A stretch of DNA of 64,000 nt from positions 21,455,280 through 21,519,279 of the forward strand of contig MU054187.1 in assembly GCA_013239625.1 (NCBI GenBank). Direction: 5' to 3'. The DNA is from Lama guanicoe (lineage: Eukaryota). The notes beneath the pieces are model-generated. The model was given only the letters and a program-made list of their open reading frames with translations. It was not told the DNA's origin and made no database searches. Each line of letters begins with the position of its first letter. The stretch's first letter is position 1. The position numbers and the translations under genes were made by a program. Shown here one piece after another: positions 36,456 to 47,988 of this stretch.

Positions 36456-37739
36456 TTCATGTTCTTTCCTATCTCACTCACCTAAAAGTAAAAAATATCA
36501 CTTAATCAACTTTGTTTTCTAGCAGGGAGTTTAGGCTTGAATGTTAAATGAATACTAAAGAGCCGATATTCTACTCATCCTCAAAGCACTATATTTTAGA
36601 GCAATTCAGAAAATTCCTCTGGCAAATGTTTTTCTTGTATGTGGCATCAGATGGATTCTGATTTGGGAAATAAGCTGAGAGAGAACAGACATCAACTTTG
36701 CATTTGGAAAAGTGAACAAGAACCAAGAGATGGTCTCAATTAAAATTCTAAGACAATAAATCTTAGTTTAAAACTAGTCTTGCCTTGAAAAAGCTTTTTA
36801 CAGCTTTTTATTGAAAAATAGAGCTGAGGGGAAAAAGGAGGCTCCTGTTCATTTGACATTTGAGATTCATGATTCAGAAGGACATGCCGAGACATTGCAC
36901 GAGTTCCCTTCAAGTTCAAGTGACTGTCGACACTCTGCAGACACTGAGCCACTTTAAGAGTGGGCCAAGGCACTAAATGAAATTTTCCATGTAAATTATT
37001 TCTTCTTATCTCTTTAGCATGAAGTTAACCTTTTGCAAAGACTCTTTATGTGAATCCGTTGTTATTTTGGAATTGACACGTTAATTCATACCAATTTTTC
37101 AGTTGATGAATTTTTGTATGAGTAGTTTTAACATAAGGAGGATTATTTACCGCATGGGTAAATTTTTTTTCAGACTTTTCCCAATGTATTAGAATAATTT
37201 AAATAACTCAGAAGAGTTTACAATTGTTATTGACATAGCTCAGAATATATTGTTTCTCAGGCTTGGCTGAGAGGCATTCAAAAACGCACCAAGGATGCAA
37301 ATACCAAAATGATTCTATTTCTCTCAGTGGAGGCACTGGTTCTGCGAGGGGCCCAGCCGAGCCTGGAGTTTCTGCATCCCCTGAGAGATACCAGATCTAT
37401 CCTATTAAGTCCAAACAAGAGGGACCTAACACTGCCAGGGCAGCAAAGTTCGCCCTGCAATTAAAAGTATTCCTCCCGTAATTGCTAACAGCTATACTTT
37501 GTTAAATAATTTTCCTTGGAGATCATTTCACCCTTTTCTTTCTAGACCTGGAACTGAACTTGGATCTTCAGTATACTTCTGCTGTCGTTATAAAGATGTC
37601 CTTTAAACTCTGACACTCTTAGTAGTCAAAGATTTACCCAAGTTTACTTTTGTCCAGGTTTTGTTTGAGACCTTGTATTTACTAACAGATACTACACATT
37701 ATTTATTATACCATTAGCTACCTGTTTTAAGAGACTAAA

Positions 37740-37950
37740 TTCTGCAATCTGATTTCCTTGGTTTGAGACTCATCCTGCCATTTCCTCCTACGGTGCCTTG
37801 GGCAATTCGTTTAACTCCTCTGAGCCTTCATTTTCTCCGTTGAGGTGGTAACTAACCCTTAAGGCTGTTGTGAATAAGATAACGTTGCAAAGTGCTCAGA
37901 GCAGTATCTGACACACAGCACACAAGAAATAAATATCAATTGCTATCAAC
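37740..37950 (+). mobile_element. MIR
   Basis: gtgccttgggcaattcgtttaactcctctgagccttcattttctcc...aagtgctcagagcagtatctgacacacag. Confidence 0.75.
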
Positions 37951-38861
37951 AGTTTGCAACAACTAAGTGATATATCTTTCCCAAAAGAGTGAGTTCCTCT
38001 GAATTACAGAAATTCCAACTAATTAAGTCCAAAAGCCCGAATATTCTAGAAGAGTACTAACAGAACTGAATTCTTGGAAAAGAAATTCAGAAGAGAATGC
38101 AATCAGCAGAGCAGTAAAGAACTGCTTTCCTCGGGAGACCTTTGAGGAAGATAGACAAGAAAAAAATAAAAATAGCGTAAAGACAGGAAGACAGTTTGGG
38201 AATGTGCTTAGATTTGTATTAAAAAGCACAATATTTAAAACCTTAATAATAGCATAAAACCAAGAAAGCAATACCAGTTTAGGGACAGTTGTAACAGAGC
38301 ATCAAAAAGTAAAAACAGAATTATATGACTGCTGTAAATCGACTGGTGTTTACCGACCATTTAGGAATTAAGAGGTTGTCTTAATCTAGGAATTGGGACG
38401 TTGAAGAAATTGGCCAGACGGCCAGGAATATTTTCAAGACAGAAAAACAGGACCTGAGTTGATCCTCAAGGTGAGGTAGGAATTCAGTAGAGCGGTATCA
38501 AGAGGAGCCTTCCTGGAAGGCAGCACCGGGCGAGCGGCAGCGGAGAGGAGACTGCGCCAGGCACATCACACCCCCAGCCTCGCAAGCTTGAAGGCCCATG
38601 AAGAGACCTGAGACAGATCAGATGAGCAAGTTAACGCCGTAGCTGAATGCTGAGAAATTGCTCTAATGCAGGGAACTGCCTTTACACTCTGTGGATTCGG
38701 GAGAGTTACTGGATGGTTATATGTGGACTTGTGCCTCTGCTTTGCTTTTCACTGACGAGTGATGTTCTCCAAAGTGAGGTCACAGTAGAGCCACTTAGGA
38801 AGCTGTTGCAGTAGTGCAGCATGACGTGAAAAGACTCAGGACTTGAGCAGGGTGGAATCCC

Positions 38862-39735
38862 CTCCACCTGTTGGAAAGGCTATTATCAAGGAGACAAATG
38901 ATAACAAGTGTTGGTGAGGATGTAGGAAAAAAAGGGAACCCTTGTACACTGTTGGTGGGAATGTAAATTAGTGCAGCCACTATGAAAAACAGTATGAAAG
39001 TTCCTCAAAAAATTAAAAATAGAACTACCATACGATCTAGCAATCCCACTTCTGGGCACATATACAAAGGAAATAAAATCCGTATCTCCGAGAGGTACCT
39101 GTACTCCCATGTTCACTGCAGCGTTGTTCACAATAGCCAAGATGTGGAAACAACCAAAGTGTCCGCTGACAGATGAACGGATAGAGAAAATGTGATAATA
39201 TGATAGATAGATACATACACACACACATACACACAATGGAGTATTATTCAGTCTTTAAAAAGAAGGAAATCCTGGCATTTTTGACATTGTGGATAAACTT
39301 GGGGAGGACATTATGCTAAGTGAAATAAGCCAGACACAGACAAATGCCTTATGATCTCATGTATATGTGGAAGCTAAAATAGCCCAACTCAGAAACAGAG
39401 AATAGAATTGGTTGCCAGGGAGGAGGGGCAAATGGGGCAACAAAGTTTCATTTAGCAGGATGATGAAGTTCTGGGGAATTTACAGTTTCAGAATGGCAAT
39501 TACAGTCAACAATACTGTATTGTATACCTGAAATTTGCTTAAAAAAAATAAAAGTAGATCTTAAGTGTTCTCATCAAAAAAAAGTATGTGAAGTGATGGA
39601 TATGTTAAATTAGCTTGATGGAATCCATTTCCTAATGTGTATATGTATCAAAACATCATGTTGTATACCTTACGTGTAGACAACTTTCCTTTGTCAAAAA
39701 AAAATAAGATAAAATCCCTAAAAGAAAAAAAAAAG
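38862..39735 (+). mobile_element. 5'-truncated older L1 (L1MA/MB-like) ORF2 end and 3' UTR
   Basis: ataacaagtgttggtgaggatgtagg...cacgttggtgggaatgtaaattagtgcagccactatgaaaaacagtatg...aaagtagatcttaagtgttctcatc..., then an A-rich tail. Confidence 0.92.
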
Positions 39736-41169
39736 AATGGAAAGGAAATGCCTGATGATGAAATATTTTGTTTAATAATATCAGCATCAGTGAGTGACAG
39801 TGATGTCTTAGAATTTTCTCAACTGAATTTGCTGGAATCACGGTGACAGAATGACAAGATAAAATCCAGGTGTAGAAACAATGGAGACATTAACAAGACA
39901 CTGCCCCTAAGCTTGAAATATGCTCATCTGACATCAGGTAATCACTAATGGTCAGTTCAATGCCTATCTTTTGATGGTGTGGTTTCAATTTTCTTTAGGT
40001 CTCCAGGGAAAAAGGGAAAATGGGATAAAGCCAATTTTCCTCTTCTAAAAATCTATTTTTTTTTTAGTTTTTTTCAGACTCAGTGCCATGCTAGCACAAA
40101 ATTAATGATTCCTTTAGCACCGGCACTGGTTTTGTTTTTTCCCAAGGTCCTCCAGGCTACTTCTCTGGAGAGTACACACAGTTGCCACAGCGCTATTTTT
40201 GTCATCCAAAGCAGTTGTGCTTTCAAGCCTGATGCTACAACTGTAATTTTAATTTATCAACCTGCCACTCAGTGAAATGCTGTAAAAACATTTGAAAGCT
40301 TTAACCCATCATTTATTTCTGCACTTGTCAATGACACTCTTCAGTACTTGTCAAAATCATTTAAACTGCACTCTGATGGCATACAAAAATATCACCAATA
40401 AATTGGGTAATCAATCACATATGTATATATTTTGACAGTGGTGCCTTGAACGCATGGGTTCCAAGACACATTTGTTTTTTTCTGAAGCAAGAATGCAGTC
40501 AGTCTTCAATAATAAAATACAGTTGCATCATCAAAGAGCCTTCCTCAATTCTTAACAATTTAAAAATGTCTTGGGGAACAGAGGGGCTGATTGCAACTGA
40601 AATGGCTTTTATTTCTTCAGTGAAATGTTCTCCTCAGGGAAAAGGGAGTAATTGCAGATTATAGCAGGCAGGAATGTAGTGTTAGTCGGAGGGAAGAAAA
40701 TACATAGGATCATTAAATAGATTTATTTAAGTTCTGCTTATAAAGAAAGCAGTGGTGCAGGACTTTATAGCTCATGATATTTCAAGAAAGTGTTATCAGC
40801 ACTTCCCCTACTGTCAAATTCGTTCATGTAATAAAGTGTCACATTAAGCCAAATGTCACTGTTCGTATCAGTTTCACTTTGAGAATTGGTATCATTATAT
40901 ATCACGGGCAGCCTCTCCCCAAAGTCTGGATGAGATCTTTGACCGTAATAAATTAAGGCATTTAAAATTAGTCTATCATTTGATATCAATATATGTAAAA
41001 GTAAAAAGCACCTATTCAGTCATTAAATCCATTCAACTCAATAACAAATCTGATCTCATACAGGCTATATGTCTGTTTAAGATAAAATGTTAAAATTGTA
41101 ACTTTAATAATATTGGCTCAATAATCTAACTGTATCTTCTAAACTCCTGGCCATAGCAATCTTCACCAT

Positions 41170-41335
41170 TTAATTTTAATTTTACTTTATTTTTATGTAC
41201 TTTTATGACGTGCAGTCAGTTTACGATGTCGTGTCAATTTCTGGTGCACACAATGCTTCCGGCACATAGGACATGCATCCATCCATTCTCATGCTCTTCT
41301 TCACCACAGGTCACTACAAGATATTGAATATGGTT
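41170..41335 (-). mobile_element. L1 3' UTR fragment, antisense, heavily AT-to-GC substituted
   Basis: Aligns to the reverse complements of 26015-26142 and 61230-61351. Confidence 0.8.
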
Positions 41336-44047
41336 TCAGAAGGCAAGTCTAATGAGACTTGAAAATCTGTGGAGGTTTGAGGATCACTTCCAAGCACACA
41401 ATTCTAACTTAGCCAAACTAATTGGTAGATATCAAATACCTGTATATGAGAAAATAAATAACTGAACTTAGCATACATAAACCCCTACTCCTGAGAAGAA
41501 CTAATCTTAAGTGATATTATGGAATCAAATCTAAAAGAATCAGGCTTTGACAGGTATATGAACTTACACAACTGCCACTGTTTCCTTATTGTTTTAAAGA
41601 AAAACCAGCACTATCCTTTAGGAACACATTGGGAAGGGTAGGCATATAATCTGACTGATGAAAGATGTACTTATCGAAAGTGTCTATGAATACGATAGAA
41701 ACGGTGGCTCAGATAACGTAGATGTCATATGTAGAAACACTGCATGAAGAGAGTGCTGTCGATTCAATTGGAAATGAGATCTTAGCCTCATACTTTAAAA
41801 AATCTGTCCTGAAAACAATTGCTTCCTAGAAATAAGGACGCAAAATAAATGAAGCGCTTTGCTTTCATCCATCCAAAATCAATCCACTTCAAAGGAATGA
41901 AAACTAGTTAAGCTTCTTTGAAAAGAATAAGTTCTTTCTGTCTTTTTTAACTTCTTAAGTATACTTCAAGTTGAATCATACTTGATCATCTAAGTAATTT
42001 CCTGGCAGTAAGCACTCTTCTTAGAGGATTCAAGGTATTGATGAGCCTTAATTTTCTGTTCATTGAATCATTACAGATTCTCATATAGAGAAAACAGATA
42101 TTATAACTCTTTTAATACTGGAAAACTGAAACACAGAGACGTTATGTAATCGCCACAAAGACCCACAGCGTATTGGTAGTCATTTTGGAATGGAGTCCAG
42201 CGTGGGGCTTTTGCTTAAAGAGCTGCCAATTTCATGCATATTAACATTTCATGCTCTCTTCTGAATTTCATATTCATTTGAATCATGAGTACCTAAATAA
42301 GAGCTTTAATTATTCAGGAAAATAATTATGTACATAAAATATTATTTATTGCTTTTAGAGGCATTGTGAATTCCAGATTTGCATTATGAAAATGTTGGCA
42401 AAAGTTTTAAAGCCTCACTTCCCAATTAAATTCTGTTCATCCAGCCAAGAATGACTGATCTTTATTTCATCAACCTCAAAATGTGAACTTTTCAGCACCT
42501 TTAATGACATTTTCAAAGTACAGAATGCTTTTTGATTCAAAAGATTTCCTGCTTAACTCTGCAGAACAAATCAGTTGTCACAGCATTACCAATAGGGGCC
42601 AAATATTAACAAAAAGCAGGTGTCACTTATGCTTTGAGAGCTTAGCAGGAAAAAAAATACAGTGAGTGGCTATATTTTGGCATGCTAGCTAAGATATATA
42701 TTAAAATGAAACACCAACTCCCAAATGTTTTATGTTTTTAGAAATTTTATTATTTCTTTTGTGAACTTATTACTAGCTTACATTCAAACTCACCATTTAG
42801 AACCTGCAGGCCACGTTCAACTTCAAAACAACGCAACAGGGCCTGTGGTTTGACTCAACAGTGGGCAACCCTCGGTGGTGGCTTCCTTTTAGCTTTCATG
42901 TAAAGCATATGAAAGATGAAGCACTTGATGAGGCATTTCTCTCAGATATTGGCTAAATTATCATGTCATGTGGGTGGTATTTTAGGGAAGTCTATGTGAT
43001 GGCCCCACTGGATGCTAAAAATCTTGAAAGTCTTTTAAAAAGTGATGCTCTCTGGAGAAGTTATTTTTTAAATGTGTTCCTTAATCACACACCCTTGATC
43101 ATCCACATGAATCTCAGTAGGCCCGTGGCAAGCTAAGAGCTCCGAGCTCCTGTGTAAGACCATCAGATCACAGATGAGGGGCCTGGCCAATAAATCAGAG
43201 CACTCAGTGCTAATTTTCTTCAGTCCCTGGGTTTTCGTTTGAAGCTCTTGAGAAAGAATTTGATAGCATCTCTGCCCTTTTGTACAGTGAACAGCTGTTC
43301 AATTTCATTAAGTGCACCAATTCATTATTTGAAGGGCACTGTAAGTGTGTGTGCAAAATACTATGTGATAACCGTGTCAGCTGCTGCTCTAAACCAACCA
43401 CGTGGGAAGAGAGAGTTTCCTATTGCTGTGATTGAATCCTGAGCTTTCCTTCCATATTACAAAGATCATGCTGCCAAATTATCTTTGCTGGAGAATTTAG
43501 TAAAATATTTAGACATTTATTTTTGACAATGACAGGTGAAAGGTGGTGCCAAATTGCTAAGACTTAAATATCTAATCTGTTGAAAATGTTCCACAATTCA
43601 CAATATTTTTTAGAACACTGTTAATTGCTTAAATCTTACGGAATGGGTCATTAAACATTTTTATTTATATTATTTCTATACTATTTGCTTATTTTTTAGT
43701 TAGCCTCATTACACATACCTTAGGAAGAAGGGATAACTATGTCATGTCTTATCTGGGAAAAAATAAGTCTTACAGGTATTACAGAAATTTATTTTGCTAT
43801 CTGCTCTCATCTTCCATTCCAGATGACTGAAACCATCATCAGTCTCTACACTGTCAAACATATGAGAAGAGTTTGATGTGCCATGTTCAATTGGACATTA
43901 TCTTGTAAACCCTTCAGAGGCAGAGTTACATGGAAAAATAAATATTTAAAAGTAACATAAATGTGTTGCTATTACAGTAGAAATGGATACCAAAGTTAAT
44001 GTGATTAAAACAAATGTCAACGACTAATTGTTTGTTTCCCTCCCTAG

Positions 44048-44095
44048 TGGTTACGTCTTTGACTATGATTACTACAGAGATGACTTCTACAACCG
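44048..44095 (+). CDS. RALYL: RALYL 48-nt coding exon C: (G)GYVFDYDYYRDDFYN(R)
   Basis: Branch-like gactaat at 44022-44028, then tgtttgtttccctccctag acceptor and cg|gtatgt donor (GT 44096-44097). Symmetric phase 2/2. Carries the hnRNP C/RALY-family DYDYYRDDFY motif. Confidence 0.97.
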
Positions 44096-44499
44096 GTATG
44101 TAAATTGTTCATCCTTGTTTCCCTTTGATTTATATTACCTTGTAACTGTTTTGCACATTTCATTCACAAATATTCTCGATTAATACATTTTAAATAATAT
44201 TCTATAGTGAAAAAGAAATACCTAAGGCTAAATAAAATGTAAGATGGACAGATTTTCCTATTTTCATTGTACCTACTGAAGTATATCAGATCTTGGATTT
44301 TTCAGACTTTGGAGGTACTTAAAGCCTAAAATTTGGTTTCTAATATTTGGATGACATTCTAAAGATTTAATTAACCAATGTGATTTTCCAGGTCTGTTGT
44401 TGGCTTAGAATTCTTCAAGACTGAGAGATTTTTAGAAAACGACTCCAACCTTCTAAAACATGTCTGCTTTCATATGACACCTAGATTCAGCAAAAACTA

Positions 44500-45553
44500 T
44501 GAACAGTTTTTGCTTTGCTCAGTAATGTGGGACCAAAAACGGAAACCATGCAAAGTGATATGAAAACAGGATTTTCCCTGATCTTTAAAATTTTTTGTCA
44601 AAACATTAAAAACTTAAGAACTCTTAGGTTATAAATACATCTATTTACACATGTATACATATATGTAAATTCCCTATGCACACATACAGGAAAATACAGT
44701 GAAACTAATGGTTATTTAGTACACTGTAATTTAGAATTTTTGTACAGTAATACAAAAATACCAATAATTAGTGTGCTTTATTTCTTTGTAAAAAAGACTT
44801 ACCAAAAGTTACTTTGAGTAGTACTTCTCATTTTATGATATGGAGCAAGCATCTCTTTTATCCTTGGTGGATTGTCATACTCCTAAAACTGGATCAGCTT
44901 TGATATTTTATCAATGTTGTAAACTACTTGAGATTTCTTCAATGTGTGTGTGGTTTTTTTGGCCTGTGTCACTTCCTCTGGGACATCTTCATCTCTTTTC
45001 AGCGCATCACAACCAATTTCTTCGTTTATGTCAATATGTTTCATTTTATGACGTTCCTCTGGTTCCATCTCCAGAGACTCTGGATTGGAAGGATGTCTGT
45101 ATCCCTGTAGTCAGCTATTTCTCCTATAATTCAATTTACATGTAATTTTAATTTTCTTTCCAGTGTCACTCTTCGATTCTTTCCTGCACTCCTTCCCTCT
45201 TTTGACTACCCATTCTTATAAAATGCCGCATGTATTTATCACTGCAAGACAAGGAGACAACACAACTACACATTTGCTATTTGTGTGTGAACTAACAGAA
45301 GCAGTGACAAATCACTGACAGACTTTGAAAGGGGTGATGTGATTGGTCTCTGCTCCTCCTGCCCATCTGTTATTTACTTAGTGATTCGTGGACTGAAAAC
45401 CTAGCAGCAAAGCTAGGACTTCATAAAATTACTCACAGTTAATGTATGTGGTAGCTGAAATTTGATTTGTGCTGTTGGGGACTGGTGTTATTTAAATAAG
45501 CATTAGTAATTGAAATTCATCATCGTAGAGCTATGCAAAGCAAAGACTGACTG
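44500..45553 (-). mobile_element. Tigger-family (Tigger13a-like) TcMar DNA transposon relic
   Basis: Degenerate TIRs cagtttttgctttgc / gcaaagcaaagactgactg. The minus-strand peptide IDINEEIGCD..DEDVPEEVT resembles a Tigger transposase acidic C-terminus. Confidence 0.7.
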
Positions 45554-45719
45554 CACATAGATCATTGGATCACACCAAAAAAAATGAGGTAAATATCTTT
45601 TAAGCCTTTAATTGTAAGTTCTATTCAAACAAAAAAAATCCCAAAGCATAAAAATGCAAGCTTAGAAGAACAGAATAGACATTTTAAATAGGGAAGAAGC
45701 TTCATAATCCCTTGTAAAG

Positions 45720-46115
45720 GTCTGTTTCTCTTTGCTCCAGCCACACAGATCCTTTTTCAGCTCCACAAAAACAGCGTATTCCTTCCTGCCCCAGGACCTT
45801 CCTCTGTATTGCTCCTTCTCCCCCTACCTCCCTCCATCATCTAGTTACCTTACTTCACCCTTCAGATCTCAGCGTGAACACCTCTCTCAGACTAAATGAG
45901 GCTCCTCTGGTCCCCTCTCAGCACCCGTACTGTTCCTTCACGGCACTGCTCCTAATTTTTATTGCTGTATTTCTTTCTACAATGACGGTATTTGGTTTAT
46001 GTCTGCCTTCCCTTCTCCACGAGGACAGGAAAGATGCTCAGTTTTGTTTATTGTTGCATCCTCGGGCATTAACATTGTCTCAGACACAGAGGACACTCAC
46101 TTCACGTTATTAATT
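45720..46115 (+). mobile_element. L2 3' fragment
   Basis: tgctccagccacacagatcc...ttcctgccccaggacctt...cccttcagatctcagc...attgtctcagacacagaggacactc. Confidence 0.65.
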
Positions 46116-46789
46116 CATCTCCTTAGATTTAGAGACATATTGTTTTTTTTTAAAGTCACATAGTTAATTAGTGATGGAACTACCATCATAAACTAGGTAT
46201 CCATTTATATTCAGTAACCTACTGTGTGGATATGCAAAACAGAAGGGGAGCAATACCAGTCAATGATGTTACATAAAAGGAAACAGCCTTATCTACACGG
46301 AAACCAGATCTACAGCCATACCTTTATTACCACTATGTGCAAACTACTGGGTTAAGCAAGTGATTTCTCTAGTCATCCCTTTATGACCAAATCTGAATCG
46401 TTAAGGATAATTTGCTCAAATAATTTTTATAATTTCCATGTTATATTTTATTTTAAATATTAAATAGCTTATAATAAATTTTCCTAACAATGATGTGAAG
46501 ATCTCATAGCATTAAAATAACCCCATTTACTATGAACAAAACATGACATTTAGATAGTCTTTAAAACATTTGAAAATTTTTGTTTTTGAAATTTTAAAAA
46601 CATTTCCTGATATGCTTTTTTTCCAGGATGCAGACAGAACACTGTTTTCACTGCTATGAGTAAAGTTTTCAATTAATATACATTATCTTTTAGTCTGTCA
46701 ATATGAAACTATTTTTGCATTATAATTTCCTAAGTATTTTCTGTCATGTGACTTCCTTCCTCATTTAAAGAATTTCTACCTCAAATGGA

Positions 46790-47256
46790 GTGTGGCAGAT
46801 GGTAGGAGACCCAAATTCTGGTAACTGCTTAGCTGCCGCAGCTGTATCTGGTCCCAGAGGGGGAAACCGTGGGGCTGGAAGCCCAGACCTGGACAGAGAC
46901 AGTAACAGCTGGCTGGTCCCGGGCTCTCTGGGGGAGTGTGAAGAGATTGTTCTACAAATACTGCAGAATTACTCAAACCAGACTCAGCTGCTCCTATTGG
47001 AATGAATTGCTGCTGCCAGGGTGAAGTAAACAAGGCTGACAGGAACAGGAAGCCAAAGCAAAAACAGGAAGCGAAACAGGAAGGACCAGGTCCTCTCTTC
47101 CTGTTCCAGCCCTGCGGTCTCCCTCTCAGGTCCTTGACTGGCTGAGCCGAGCGAGGAGCCAGCTGGCGCCCCCAGGAATATAGTTGCAGAGTCCCAACCC
47201 CAGACATGACTAAAGGTGAGTCTGAAGCTGAGAGATAAAATGTTAATGACAGACAC
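46790..47256. mobile_element. Probable ancient LTR relic (family not identified)
   Basis: GC-richer block ending ttgcagagtcccaacccc...tctgaagctgagagataaaatgttaatgacagacac, similar to recalled ancient LTR termini. Confidence 0.4.
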
Positions 47257-47820
47257 TCATTCACCTCCCATGGTTAGTCCCTTTTAACAGGTTTGAGGTC
47301 CTAATGTGATTGGGGATTTTCAACCCTTAAATTGTTTTAGCTTAGAAAACTTCTCTACGCAGAGTTCCACCTTAATGTGAGTGTTCTGAGACGTTCATCC
47401 AGCAGTAACTTTTCCAAAAACTCACTTAGGGTCAATCCGTGGTTTCAGGGATCATGAGGAGTATCACTAAATAATAGACTTAAGTGGTTATTATAAACTT
47501 TTATCTTTTTAAATTACACGAAACATTGCCCAATAATTTACAGCATTCCATGGCATTTTCTTTTAAAAGGTCAAGTATGACTCTAAATGAAGAACATTAC
47601 ATGTTATTAAAAAGGAGCATAAATATTTATACTCTTCCCAGTAAAGCAAAAAGAGAAGTGTATCTGAAATTATATTGAATACCCCCAGGGAATGTTTCCA
47701 ATATCCGAGATAGTAACGGTTTTAATCCAGCCTTTTTTCAGTAGTGTCAGGAAAAGCCCTAAGCCTTCTATAACCTCCTGTAATGAGTAAACTTCTCACA
47801 GAGAAAAAGAAGTGCCAGAG

Positions 47821-47988
47821 GTGCTTATATATGTAAAGCATACATATATACATAAAGCGTATATATAAAGTGCTTATATGTCTTATATATAATATTATAT
47901 ATTTTTTACATTGATATATTTACATAATATACTTATATATATAAAGCATATATAAAGTGCTTATATATATAAAGCATATATATATATG
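47821..47988. repeat. (TA)-rich degenerate minisatellite (unit about gtgcttatatatataaagcatatataaa)
   Basis: gtgcttatat recurs three times and taaagc recurs four times. Confidence 0.8.

Noticed and set aside
44883..45068. Domesticated transposase (TIGD-like)
   Set aside because: Only a short, degraded acidic fragment inside a non-autonomous Tigger relic, with no DDE domain.
46776..47264. 162-aa minus-strand ORF or processed pseudogene
   Set aside because: No recognisable protein similarity, poly(A) or TSD. It overlaps a probable ancient LTR.
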